Shown here in pieces: positions 1 through 18,411 of a stretch of DNA of 64,000 bases. Made by a program: the position numbers and the translations under genes. Position 1 is the stretch's first letter. Each line of letters begins with the position of its first letter. The stretch is taken from assembly GCF_009914755.1 (NCBI RefSeq), contig NC_060948.1; one strand, written 5' to 3'. Origin of the DNA: the human T2T-CHM13v2.0 reference genome, Homo sapiens. The notes under the pieces are model-generated. The model saw nothing but the letters and a program-made list of their open reading frames with translations. It did not search any database and was not told the DNA's origin.

Positions 1-951
1 ACTGATAGCTCATGCAAATATTCCCCTATGGTAACTATGGTTACCAATACTATACTGTAACTTAAAAAACTTGTTCATAGAGTAGATCTTTATTGTTCTC
101 CCCCAAAACAAAGAAACAAAAAACACACTAAACAGATACCAAACACAATGAAATTATCTTAAAGCGTACTAGAAATAATGATGAATTTCCTATACATGAA
201 TGGTATAGCAAGAAGTTTCTAAAAAGCAACAATTAAAAATGAAGTAGGGTTATTTCAAGCCATGATCTAAAATAATATTTTTTTAAAAAAACTATCGTTA
301 AAGTGTGAATGTGAAATAAAGATACTTTATATATACAAAACTTGAAAGGATGTAGTATAGACAGTTTGTTTGATGAAATAATTTCTTAAGGTAAAGTTCC
401 GGGAAAGAGGAAATTTCATACAAAAGGGAAAATTCAAGAAGTAAGGTGAGTAAAGAAATTAATTAAGAACATATCCTTAAGGTAGCATTAGCAATGTAAA
501 CAATAACACTAACAATGTGTAATTAAGCATATAGGTAAGGTGCACCTAAAATTCTAAACAATATGATTAGAATTTAATTACAATTTAATTGATAGAGTTT
601 ATGAGAACAAACAAAATTATGAGCCATATAAAATGAATGTAGTAAAAAAACCTGAAAATTTTCAAGGAAAAGTATTAAATTTTATTGAAGGGCATAATAA
701 GTGAAAGCCAAAATACACATAAAAATGTGTGCCAGGCAATTGTTAAAAAAATCTTCACATGGTAAGACATCTTTTTCCATATTAATGTATAAATTAAGGC
801 AATAATAATAAAAATTACAGCAAGATGGTTCGTGCTCATTGACAACCTGATTCTAAATATGTAATTGAAAAGGGGTGGGACTCATCTAGGCAAATTTGTA
901 GTAAGTGCGGGAGAACAATGGAATGGAAGAGGAAGATGGAAAAGAGGACTC

Positions 952-1260
<309 letters not shown>

Positions 1261-1664
1261 GAGGACTCCGTTTAATAGTGCACACTTTTATACAGCTATT
1301 TCTGAATATTATAGTATGGAAAAACCTATTGCAAATAGAATTAACCCGGAACTAAGTACAGTATTATGACAGAAGTTACAGTCTAAGCAATGCTGAAGTA
1401 ATGCAGTAATATCTTAATATCCTAATGCAATAATACCCTAAGAAAAAAATTGAAGGCAAATGGGGTAAACATATTTGTTAATGACATATAAAAATAAATT
1501 GTTATGTCATAGTTTACAAAATAGTAAATAGATGAGGATTTTAAAAATACTTGTAAACACCAAAGCTGCCAAATTGCTAGAAGAAAATATTAGAGAATAA
1601 TTTATACTATCAGAAAAATACTGTTAATAACATTTAAAAGGATTTGATAAAAAATAAAAATTTT

Positions 1665-2960
<1,296 letters not shown>

Positions 2961-3039
2961 ATTTTTTATCTCCTTAGATTAAATGATATGGAAAAATGTT
3001 AACATTTAATTCCTGCATTATATTTAATAAACTCATATC

Positions 3040-3225
3040 TTAGTATGGAGCAGTCACTGTTATACATGCTTTACAAATATTACTTGATTTAATTTTAATG
3101 GTAAAGCCTAAGAGGTAGTATTACTATAATGCTCATTTCCTAGATCACAAGACTAAGGTAAAGAAAGTTTAAATGGCTTGCACAAATTCACATAGAGCTA
3201 GATTTGAAGCCAGGTATGTCTATTG
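3040..3225 (-). mobile_element. MIR SINE
   Basis: Matches the reverse MIR core (catttcctagatcacaagactaagg...ggcttgcacaaattcacatag...gatttgaagccaggtatgtct). Confidence 0.7.
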
Positions 3226-3523
3226 TCTATTCATATGATGCCCTTTCTTACATGGCTCATTTCTTCAACATCTGCAGTACATGTGGATGGATATTTACAA
3301 TATGTTTTTTCATAGTTCGGGATTTTCTAAAAAGTATCATACATTTTAGAATCAAACATTTAAAATTTTGTTTTAAAATTTTGTTCAAAAGTTTTGTTTA
3401 AAAAATCAAACATTTAAAATTTAAAATCAAGGAAAATCTGCTTGCCGCTATTAGGTGACAAAAGGACCGTATATATGTAGAAAGCCAGCTGTTAGAAATA
3501 AGTCCCAACATAACAATAATTAT

Positions 3524-4087
3524 TGATACAGCAAGAGCATTGGCATCTTGGACAAACACCACCACTTTAAATTCCATCTCCTTTTTTGGTCTCATGCATT
3601 TCAAGGAAATCACTTCTCTTCTGACTACAAGCAGCTAAAAAGAGCAGATAGTAAAACACAAATAAGACACCTCAGCACAGAGGTAGGTGAAGGGAAAGTC
3701 CCCTGAGTAACTGCCAAAATTCCCCTCATCCAGTGGGCCCCAGTAAAACACTGGGCCTTATTGGGCACATTCCTTTCCCTTCAGGTGCACTAAGATAGGG
3801 AAGCTAAAAGCAGACTGGGGGGATAAGCCTGCAGCTGCAGAAAGATGTATGGGAAGACACAAACTCTCCCTCCCAGACAAGCACAGCAAAGAGACACAGA
3901 AGCACTCCAAGCCTCTGATAAACTCTCCCACCCTGAATCTTCAAAAACTCTTAGTCCCTAAGAAAGTGTGCCTCTGACCTAACTCACCCAGAAGGCACCG
4001 TCTCAGGTTTGTTTTCTCTAAAATAAATCTGTCCTTACTGTTGAGCCACCCTTTTTGTGTTTCCTTCCTCTCTCTTTATTTCTTACA
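3524..4087 (+). mobile_element. Solo LTR, probably ERV1 class
   Basis: TG...CA termini (tgatacag...ttcttaca), AATAAA at about 4021, near-TSD ATTAT/ATCAT; interrupts the start of an old L1 ORF2. Confidence 0.75.
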
Positions 4088-4469
4088 ATCATAATAAATG
4101 TAAATGATCTAAACTCTCTCATTAAATATCAGCTAAATAATACTTAACAAGAGAGAAGCCTAATGCATCAAGCAAATGGGGATTGAAAATAAAAGGATAG
4201 AAAGAAATAAACTAGGTAAATACTAACCAATAGAAAGATGATATCTTTATATTAACTTTATAAAAAGCGAACTTTAATATAAGAAAATACATATTTTTAA
4301 GGATAGAGAAGGCCACTTTCTCATGGAAGTCTTTCTTCAACAGGAAGTTAGTTACCTAAAATGCATGTGCACCTAACAAAATAAGGACACATATATACTC
4401 AAGAAGGATAAAATTTCAGGGACACACACACACACACAGATATATATATATAAATAAATCCACCCACAT

Positions 4470-5044
4470 TGTAATTTTATGTGTCAGTTTGACTGGGCCA
4501 CAGTGCACCCAGATGTGTTGTCAAGCATTATTCTATTGTGTCTGTGAGGGTGTTTCTGGATGAGATTAACGTTTTAGTTAATGAGTAAAGAAAGATAAAA
4601 GACTTGGGTAGAACAAAAAGGATGAAATAAAGGGGAATTCTCCCAGCTTGACTGTATTTGAGCTAGGGCTTTGAATTTTTCTGCCTTTAGATTCAAATTA
4701 AAACCTTGGCTCTTCCCAGACCTAAAGGTTGTAAGCCTTCAAACTGGAAACACACCACTGACCATCCTGGGTCTCTGGACTTTGGACTCAGACTACAACT
4801 ATACTATCAATCCTCCTCGGTCTCCAAAATGCCAACTGTATTTTTTAGAACTTGTCCACATTCATAATTGCAGGAACCAACTTTTATAATCGATTTCCTT
4901 CTCCACATATTTTTTGTGTGTATATATGTATGTGCGTGTGTGTGTGTACACACACATACATATTTGTGAGCATCTGTGTGCACACACACATAGATATGTG
5001 CATCATATTTATTTCTGCTACTGCAGAGAATCCAGAATAATACA
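4470..5044 (+). mobile_element. MLT2-family (ERVL) solo LTR with internal TG/CA microsatellite
   Basis: aattttatgtgtcagtttgactgggccac...gtgagggtgtttctggatgagattaac...gagaatccagaataataca match MLT2 ends. Confidence 0.85.
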
Positions 5045-6390
5045 ACCCCCAAAATGGGTGATTTCAATAAAAATTTATTGGCGATAGGTCACATTTACAA
5101 GAAACATTAACAAGTTTTAAAAAATTAAACGTTCTAATAGATACATGTCAACTTCTAAGTACTATAATTAGATAAAAACTATATTCTCAAACACAAATGA
5201 AACTTCACTATTATCATTTTACATTTGGTAACAAGATGGGATGTAAGCAAGTCTTAACAAATGTCAAATAAGCAGCATCATAAACACAAGTTCTTTGACC
5301 TCATGCAATTAGGTTGAAGTCAATTACAAATGATTCGTTCAGTCACTGCTTATTGGAAAAATGAAAAAAAAAAACACAAGAAAGCAGTTCTCACGAATCT
5401 TTTGGATATATACATCAAACAAAAATAAAAATAAAATATTCAAATATACTAGCATATGTATAGAAAGATATCTGTGTAAAATCTTACTGTGTTATTTTTT
5501 GTTACAGCAAAAGCCTTGAGATGACATAATTGTTCATTATGAAATAAGAAATTTCTTTAGTACGATATTTTGCCTCCAGAAGATGGTATGCGATAGCCAT
5601 TAGTGTTATTAAAGAGAACAAAGTTGCTCTTTGTTGATAAAATAGTATTAGGATAAATAAGGTAGGTACAGAATAGCACATAGAATATACACTGATTTTA
5701 ACTTAAAAAATTATATGTTTTAATATATTTCCAAGAAATTGAACAAACTTCTATTAGGGACAACTTCAGAATGGAGAATTATACATCTGGGCTCACGTAC
5801 TCTGTGTTATTGTCTTAAGTTTTTTTCCTTTCATATCCTCTATGCATTTACAACTTAAAAATACTACTAAAATGTAGAATGAATCAAAGAACCCTAGCCT
5901 AAAAATAAGTCTTCTTAAATGTTGCCAAACGGCTTTCAGATCCTTCCGCGAGTGATTTTTTTCCTTTGATTTTAGCACTGGCATGTGCATTGGCATACTC
6001 TTCAATAGAATCCATCCTCATGAACGTATACCATATGATGTCATCAGTAAATTAATGTGAAAAGGAGAATTGGATTTTCAAACCATAATTCTCTGGACTA
6101 AAGACACTGGGTGCCAGCGAAAGGAAAGGAGACACCTGGAAAGAAGAAGGTAAGCTAAAGATACTGATACTTCCTAGGTCTGACAACAAAATTTCAGCTT
6201 GAGACTTCATTGAATGATCTTAAAACTTTTGAAAGATTTCCTACAGTCCCTATTTCTTCAGATAAGAGTGTCAAGCTCTGCAATATTCTTCATTGTAATA
6301 CCTTGTCTGAAGGGAAAAATGATTGAGATTCTGGGGAAAGTGAATAGAGAACTCTGATGAAAGCCATGGTTAACATAGGCCTCAAACTTA

Positions 6391-8002
6391 AAAGCATCAA
6401 GTTTACATAAATATAATTTTCTTAAAAGCCAGCATAATTTTAATTTTATTGTAGTCATGATGGTCAGACATTGTTTATTTTGGAGAAGTGATTACAGAAA
6501 TCTGAAAAATCAAGGCCTGATGAGAATACTTAAATTAAGCATACTCCAGAAGCCCAAATCTGAAAAGCAAAGGTGTTTCTGATGTAACAGCCCAAAGTCT
6601 GCATTTCTTCTCTATTGGGCAGTGTAATATTGCCCATATGAAAAATAAATGGAGTGTTAAATAAAAAGTAATGAGATTAAGAGGAGTCATTGCTTAGTGA
6701 GTTAAAGCAACACACAAATACATTGAGAAGAAAAGGAAGGCAGTGATAGAAAGCATACTATTGATTTAATTCAGAATAATTTTCAATTTTGCCTATTACC
6801 ATTAAATAGTACCATTACAATAATATAATTGTGTATCTTGACTTCCAACATGTGAGTGGTTTTTATTTTGTATATTTGGAAACCTGATCAAGGTTCTCTA
6901 GACATTTCATTTTTTCCCAAATTTCCTAGCTAATAGCTAGCTAAACTCTGGTTGCCTGAATACCTCTCACTAAGTAGTTTGTCTTTTCCTATTAATTTTA
7001 ATATGAACTTGGTGTGTATTTTGTTGGCATCTTTCCTAAATCTACAGGTGTTGAAGTTGTTCAGATCTCAGTCATGGATCCTCTTGGGTTTTCCCAAGGC
7101 TAAAACACCCTTTCTATGCTGACCATTAAGAAATTCCCAACTTCAGGCCAGATCTTTGTTCTACCTTCAGACTTGGCATATCCAACTTCATGCCTTACAT
7201 CTCCACATACCAAAACCAGACCTTCATTTTATGGTCAAAACATGTTTCCTCCTACAGTATTCCACTATTTCAGAAATTCACAGCACCAAATACCCTGTAT
7301 TTCAAGCTAGAAATGTAGAGGATGATCTTTGAGGCAGCCTTTCCTCAATGACTCTTCATCCGTCACATCCAACACCTCACAGGTTGTGTGTCCTCTCCAG
7401 GAATTATATATAGGGTCTTAGTAAATAAAGACTGGCCGTTAAACAACCTTCAATCATCCATTTTTTTTTCAGTTCACGTCGGTTTCTTTACAGAACAACT
7501 GGAGTTCTGCAAAGTCAATGTTGGAGTAAGTACCATTCTCTGCCAGTATTACTATTTTCTTTATCATGAGATATATGTTCCTTAAAAATGCCCACATGAA
7601 GCTATGCTAAGTAACAAAGTTAAATGATGTCTTTGTTTTATAGAATAATACAAGACAAATAGAATCAATTGTTATTATATGATCTTTGTAAGTACATACA
7701 CAGGTACTAGATATTTTAGACCCCACTTCATACATCTGAAATTTGGGTCTCAAAATAGTTAGCTTATCTTAAAGTCTAATGTCAGATTACAGAACTACCT
7801 CTTTCCACAATATTGTGCTATCTCCCTTTAAGAACCAGCTGGTGAATCATTAAGAACAAAAAATGTCCTTTTCTTGAACATCTCCACGGTGAGCCAAATA
7901 TATAAATTTTCTGTGGAGATGTTGTCATGGGCAATTTCACCAAAACTTTTACAAATTTAACCACAGTTATGCTTCAGTGGCATAACTGTTTATCCAATAC
8001 CT
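6391..8002 (+). repeat. Segmental duplication, copy A1 (direct paralog of 54310-55903); includes an L2 remnant at about 7050-7400
   Basis: Colinear alignment by eye; ORFs 7116-7310 and 55023-55217 translate nearly identically. Confidence 0.95.
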
Positions 8003-11000
8003 GCACACCTGCTTTAATACGGAAAAATTTGGAAGTTAATACAAATATTAACTCCTATCATTATAGACATGACATCTGAAGACACTTTCCAATATTCCAT
8101 GAATATGTGTAATTCATATCTCAGTACAGTCTCCCACATGTCAATGTAATCTTAGTAGCAGTGGATCATTTACAGAAGGCAATTTTGCCACAGTGGTCAA
8201 ATATTTTTGTTAAATACTGCTATTTTAGAGTTATCGATAGCATTAACTGACACACAGTGTAAGCTAGAACCATGTTTCTAAAGAAAATGTTCAGAAATAG
8301 GTTTCTTACTTTTTGCTAAATTGCTAACAGGTTAATTACTCCTGTGAAGTGCTAGATAGTTGGAGTAGCATTTACCAAGAAAGAGAAAGAAGACGGGGCA
8401 TATGACTTGAGAAGGTGGGAGTGAGGAAAAGATAAGGTATTTATTCCAGACTCCTTATTTGGAGTTCTTTGTTTGATTCTTTTCTTTTTGTTGCTGTTGT
8501 TATTGTCTTACTTTATGTTATGTGTCAGACCAGAGTTTCACAAACATCCCCAAATAATTACATGGGTCATAAAAATATATCCAGATACTTCTCATTATTT
8601 TCCATCAAAATCCTGGTTCAATAATTTGAAATAAGACCTGGAGAACCAACAATTCTCACGAGTATGCTAAGTGATTGTTACCAAAATGACAATTGTGAAA
8701 TATTTAGAAAACCAGGGAGGAGGTAGGTAATCAACATTTAATAATTGGTTCTTGCTGTAAGGGTAAAGGATTTTATTGAAATGACTATTTAAATTCAAGT
8801 TTTATGAAAAAAATAGAATGGAGCACTTTAGTGCTTTCTAATAAGCATCTGTAAAGTATGTTTTGCTAAACTGGCAAAATTATTTTTTCATTAGAGGTTA
8901 GCATTATGGCCACAAATGACTTCTGAAATAGCTTTTTGAAAATATTCAGATCATAAATTATAAAAATTATCTTGGGGGTTTATAAAATTCCAGAAATTCA
9001 CTAAGAAAAATATACATAAAAACACCAGTATCCAAAAAAATCAAAATAACACTTACAAATAGACAAGAAAATATAAAGACAATCTAGCCGAGTAAAAGAA
9101 AGCAGGACAGGTAAATGGATACATTTTAGAAAAGAGAAATGTCAAATGACCAGTGAAAAATGGCTAGATGCTTGAGCTCATTAGTAATCCAGGGATATAA
9201 ATCAAAACCACATTATGTTCCAACTTTTGTTCATTAGCTTGGCAACTATTAAATTAATAATACCGAGTGTAGTCAAAGGTGTAAGGAATGGTAATTTGGT
9301 TCCATCAATCACAGGACTATCTAATGATATTTAGTAAAATTAGAGTGACTAAAACTTTTGTTGTTCCAGTGGAAACTTTTTTTAGAATAAAGAGTAGTAA
9401 CATATACAAAATTATTTACTATTTATTACATTTTTCCTTACAGTCAATTTTTTTATTGTATTGATGGATCTATGAAATAGTTATCTTCCAACTGTTTTTG
9501 AAAATGAAATCCCTTCAAAAATTGAAAACCACAAATACATATCTTGAAGCAAAATAGAAAAATAACTTATTTACATTTATTATTTAAATATTAAAAACAG
9601 TAGGCAGAATAATTATACTAGAACATATTTATATGAATTAATCTTTTTCTTAAAATAATTATCTGTAGTTCTTTTCTGGAAAATGCATTTGTTTTAGTAT
9701 TATGTTGATTTTTAAATAAAGTTACTTGTCATCTTTTGCAAAGTTGCTGCTTCTTGTCATCAATAAAAGTTATCAACAATGTTTAGCTTTTCAAGTGAAC
9801 TTTAAAAAAAATTTATCATACTGTTCAATTTTTTTTCTGGCACAATAATATTTCCACAGCTTTATTTTGGTCCCAATGATTGATTAAAAATTCAAACCGC
9901 TTTTTAATCCAACTTTCTGTTTGAAACATCTAAATGGCATTGTTCAACTCTTGGAATTTCTTCTGTAGCTTATGGAGCTTACATACTAACAATTGCTGAT
10001 GCATATTTCTTAAGTGCAGAAAAATTAGAATTTAAAATGTACACAATTGATTTTAAAAAATAGTAATTTGATGTAAATAAAAAGCCAGGCATCTCAGAAT
10101 TATATGCTTAATTTTTCCAAATTCACATATTAATGTCATCTTCAGGCATAGTTTTCTTAATGTAACTAAGTATTACCTTCTGAAATAGCAGCTGATTTTT
10201 CCCCTCAGCCTTCTGTATTCTGGATTTCAGGATATCACTTTTAGCCTTATGGTGCCAACATGGACTACAAGGCTCTATGATGACACCATGTATTTATTGG
10301 CACTTTTAAACCCATAATTTGATTGAAAGGGAAGTTGAGGAGTTTTTGATTAAATATCTACTTGCATTTTTAGGTCATTGCTGCTGAAACAGATTTTTTT
10401 AAAAATAGTCATTAGCAAGCAACCCATAAATAAATAGTTGTAGGTATGTGAAAGATGACAAAACCACTGTGGCCAGACAAATTAACTATGCTTTGTATGC
10501 TAAGCTTCTATTTCCAACACATAATTTACATATATGTAGCCTATTATTTCCTTCATTTTCCCCAAACCCACCATATGATGGTCTGGCAGTGTCATTTGAG
10601 TGAGCCACATAGAAAAAAATATATGTCAAATACTTCTTCCATCACCAGGCAAGACTGGAAGAAGCTAGCCATTCCTAACCAATACTGACTCAATGCATAC
10701 TGATTTATTATCAAACACTCTGCTGCATGCTGTCCTTGAAAATGAAGCATTATCTATATTTTGTATAAACTGTGTTAGGAAAATAAAGTTGATTTTCAGA
10801 CTTGTCCCCCTACTCAAGTCATCATTCTGTTAATATTTTATTTTCCTCACATACTGATAGAGCCCTGAGAATAGCTGTAATTGTTAAACAAAATGAACAT
10901 TTAACAAACACATGCTGGTTCTAATCAATGTAACTTATAATAATACTTCATTAAAAATGAAAAATCTAAGACATATGCTAAGCCGATTAGCATGGATGAA

Positions 11001-12441
11001 CAAGAGTAATTAAGCGGTAGCCCTGGGACTAATGAGAATATTTTATCCCCTCACAGTTAAAACTGTATGCACAATGCAGTCCAGCCATTCTTCTAGTATT
11101 TTCATTATAAACTCTCACACATGTGTACCCAGAGGCATAGGGGAGGTTTTTCACTGTAGCATTCCAATAAACACAACATGGAACATGATGGAATTCAGTA
11201 GACTGAGAACTATGCCATCAATAATGGCAGCTCTCAACAAGAATATTAACAAGAAAATGTGAAATGATACCACAGCTTATAATATTCACATAAACATTAG
11301 AAATGCAAAAAAACACCAGTATTGTTTAGAAATAAAGATTTTAATAAATTTATAAAAAAATGCAAAGGTAATACCACGTTCATGATTATGGTGCCCCTGG
11401 TAATGGAGTAAAGCAAATGAACCTGATGGGGTGTATTCCAATTGCAACTAGTGGTAATGTAAATAGAACAAGGAATGCATTAATAGCGGTTATTTTTAAG
11501 TGGGGTAAAAATGGTATTTATTATGTTATTTTGTATTTATATATATATTTTAATTTTACTGGAAAACAAAATAATTTTATAATGAACAATATTCCATACA
11601 AATTGGAATCACCTTATGAAGTAATTGCTTTAAAATTTCCCTGTGCCCATTGCCACTTTCAAGGACTTAAAAAATTAAAAATTGGAGAATGTGGTATCTT
11701 TAAAAAATATATATTTTACATTTATAAGTATGAAATAAAATGTATTACCAGCACATCACATTTGTTGACTTGTTATCCATGTAAAATCACGTAGCAGAAG
11801 AAGAAAGAATGACATAGGCAGAATTTGACCTATGTGTAGAGGAAATAATTGTATGTTTATTTAAAATATCGTCTTAAGACATAAAAGTGTCCAAGAAACA
11901 TAACAAAAGTGCTCAACATCACTGATCATCAGAGAAATGCAAATCAAAATCAAAACAAGATATCATCTCATATCAGTCAGAATGACTGTTATTATTAAAA
12001 CACCAAAATAAAAAAATAACCAAGGTAGGCAAGGCTGCAGAGGAAAAAAAAATACTTATACACTGGTGGAGAGAATGTTCAGCCACTGTGGAAAGCAGTT
12101 TGGGGATTTCTAAAAGAACTAACAATTGAACTACCATTCCACCCAGCAATGCTCTTACTGTGTATATGCTCAAACGAAAATAAATCACGAAAGCTACCAA
12201 AAAGACACAAGAATTATCATATTCATCACCATAGCAAAGACATGGAATCAACCTAGGAGCACATCCATGGAGGATGGGATAAAGAAATTGTGGTACAAGG
12301 GGGAGGAGCCAAGATGGCCGAATAGGAACAGTTCCGGTCTACAGCTCCCAGCGTGAGCGATGCAGAAGACGGGTGATTTCTGCATTTCCATCTGAGGTAC
12401 TGGGTTCATCTCACTAGGGAGTGCCAGACAGTGGGCGCAGG

Positions 12442-12750
12442 TCAGTGGGTGCGCGCACCATGTGCGAGCCGAAGCAGGGCGAGGCATTGCCTCACTTGGG
12501 AAGCGCAAGGGGTCAGGGAGTTCCCTTTCTGAGTCAAAGAAAGAGGTGATGGACGGCACCTGGAAAATCGGGTCACTCCCACCCAAATACTGTGCTTTTC
12601 CGACGGGTTTAAAAAACGGCGCACCACAAGATTATATCCCGCACCTGGCTCGGAGGGTCCTGTGCCCACGGAGTCTCGCTGATTGCTAGCACAGCAGTCT
12701 GAGATCAAACTGCATGGCGGCAGCGAGGCTGGGGGAGGGGCGCCCGCCAT
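12442..12750 (-). CDS. LINE-1 antisense ORF0, C-terminally extended (102 aa)
   Basis: MAGAPPPASLPPCSLISDCCASNQRDSVG... is the primate L1 ORF0 N-terminus, located in the 5'UTR; expression unknown. Confidence 0.7.
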   Translation of the reverse strand: MAGAPPPASLPPCSLISDCCASNQRDSVGTGPSEPGAGYNLVVRRFLNPSEKHSIWVGVTRFSRCRPSPLSLTQKGNSLTPCASQVRQCLALLRLAHGARTH

Positions 12751-13205
12751 TGCCCAGGCTTGCTTAGGTAAACAAAGCAGCCGGGAAGCTCGAACTGGGT
12801 GGAGCCCACCACAGCTCGAGGAGGCCTGCCTGCCTCTGTAGGCTCCACCTCTGGGGGCAGGGCACAGACAAACAAAAAGACAGCACTAACCTCTGCAGAC
12901 TTAAATGTCCCTCTCTGACAGCTTTGAAGAGAGCAGTGGTTCTCCCAGCACGCAGCTGGAGATCTGAGAACAGGCAGACTGCCTCCTCAAGTGGGTCCCT
13001 GACCCCTGACCCCTGAGCAGCCTAACTGGGAGGCACCCCCCAGCAGGGGCACACTGACACCTCACATGGCAGGGTACTCCAACAGACCTGCAGCTGAGGG
13101 TCCTCTCTGTTAGAAGGAAAACTAACAAACAGAAAGGACATCCACACCAAAAACCCATCTGTACATCACCATCATCAAAGACCAAAAGTAGATAAAACCA
13201 CAAAG

Positions 13206-14222
13206 ATGGGGAAAAAACAGAACAGAAAAACTGGAAACTCTAAAACGCAGAGCGCCTCTCCTCCTCCAAAGGAACGCAGTTCCTCACCAGCAACAGAACA
13301 AAGCTGGATGGAGAATGACTTTGACGAGCTGAGAGAAGAAGGCTTCAGACGATCAAATTACTCTGAGCTACGGGAGGACATTCAAACCAAAGGCAAAGAA
13401 GTTGAAAACTTTGAAAAAAATTTAGAAGAATGTATAACTAGAATAACCAATACAGAGAAGTGCTTAAAGGAGCTGATGGAGCTGAAAACCAAGGTTCGAG
13501 AACTATGTGAAGAATGCAGAAGCCTCAGGAGCCAATGCGATCAACTGGAAGAAAGGATATCAGTGATGGAAGATGAAATGAATGAAATGAAGCGAGAAGG
13601 GAAGTTTAGAGAAAAAACAATAAAAAGAAATGAGCAAAGCCTTCACGAAATATGGTACTATGTGAAAAGACCAAATCTACGTCTGATTGGTGTACCTGAA
13701 AGTGATGGGGAGAATGGAACCAAGTTGGAAAACACTCTGCAGGATATTATCCAGGAGAACTTCCCCAATCTAGCAAGGCAGGCCAACGTTCAGATTCAGG
13801 AAATACAGAGGACACCACAAAGATACTCCTCGAGAAGAGCAACTCCAAGACACATAATTGTCAGATTCACCAAAGTTGAAATGAAGGAAAAAATGTTAAG
13901 GGCAGCCAGAGAGAAAGGTCCGGTTACCCTCAAAGGGAAGCCCATCAGACTAACAGTGGATCTCTCGGCAGAAACTCTACAAGCCAGAAGAGAGTGGGGG
14001 CCAATATTCAACATTCTTAAAGAAAAGAATTTTCAACCCAGAATTTCATATCCAGCCAAACTAAGCTTCATAAGTGAAGGAGCAATAAAATACTTGACAG
14101 AGATGCAAATGCTGAGACATTTTGTCACCACCAGGCCTGCCTTACAAGAGCTCCTGAAGGAAGCACTAAACATGGAAAGGAACAACTGGTACCAGCTGCT
14201 GCAAAATCATGCCAAAATGTAA
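13206..14222 (+). CDS. LINE-1 ORF1p (RNA-binding, nucleic acid chaperone), full-length 338 aa
   Basis: MGKKQNRKTGNSKTQSASPPPKERSSSP...NHAKM; REKG, ARR and YPAKLS motifs present. Confidence 0.95.
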   Translation: MGKKQNRKTGNSKTQSASPPPKERSSSPATEQSWMENDFDELREEGFRRSNYSELREDIQTKGKEVENFEKNLEECITRITNTEKCLKELMELKTKVRELCEECRSLRSQCDQLEERISVMEDEMNEMKREGKFREKTIKRNEQSLHEIWYYVKRPNLRLIGVPESDGENGTKLENTLQDIIQENFPNLARQANVQIQEIQRTPQRYSSRRATPRHIIVRFTKVEMKEKMLRAAREKGPVTLKGKPIRLTVDLSAETLQARREWGPIFNILKEKNFQPRISYPAKLSFISEGAIKYLTEMQMLRHFVTTRPALQELLKEALNMERNNWYQLLQNHAKM

Positions 14223-14285
14223 AGACCATCAAGACTAGGAAGAAACTGCATCAACTAACGAGCAAAATAACCAGCTAACATCATA

Positions 14286-18113
<3,828 letters not shown>

Positions 18114-18317
18114 ACAATGAGATCACATGGACACAGGAAGGGGAATATCACACTCTGGGGACTGTTGTGGGGTGGTGGGAGGGGGAAGGGATAGCATCGG
18201 GAGACATACCTAATGCTAGATGACGAGTTAGTGGGTGCAGCGCATCAGCATGGCACATGTAGACATATGTAACTAACCTGCACAATGTGCACATGTACCC
18301 TAAAACTTAAAGTATAA

Positions 18318-18411
18318 TAAAATAAAGACAAAAAATAAAATAAAATAAAATAAAATAAAATAAAATAAAATAAAATAAAATAAAATAAAATAACTAAAAA
18401 AAAAAAAAAAA
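18318..18411 (+). repeat. (TAAAA)n microsatellite derived from the L1 poly-A tail
   Basis: Directly visible pentamer run followed by poly-A. Confidence 0.95.

Larger units (their letters stand above)
3480..5400 (+). mobile_element. Ancient L1M ORF2 (endonuclease) remnant split by two LTRs
   Basis: ataacaataattat / ataataaatgtaaatgatctaaactctctcattaaa resembles the L1 ORF2 5' end seen intact at 14307-14355; similarity resumes after 5044 (gggtgatttcaata). Confidence 0.6.

Noticed and set aside
4915-4995. Hairpin-like (TG)n-(CA)n palindromes
   Set aside because: Ordinary microsatellite expansion inside an MLT2 LTR.
5793-6135. Minus-strand 70-aa ORF with flanking splice-like sites
   Set aside because: It overlaps the better-signalled + strand exon candidate, has two upstream in-frame stops, and matches no protein I recognise.
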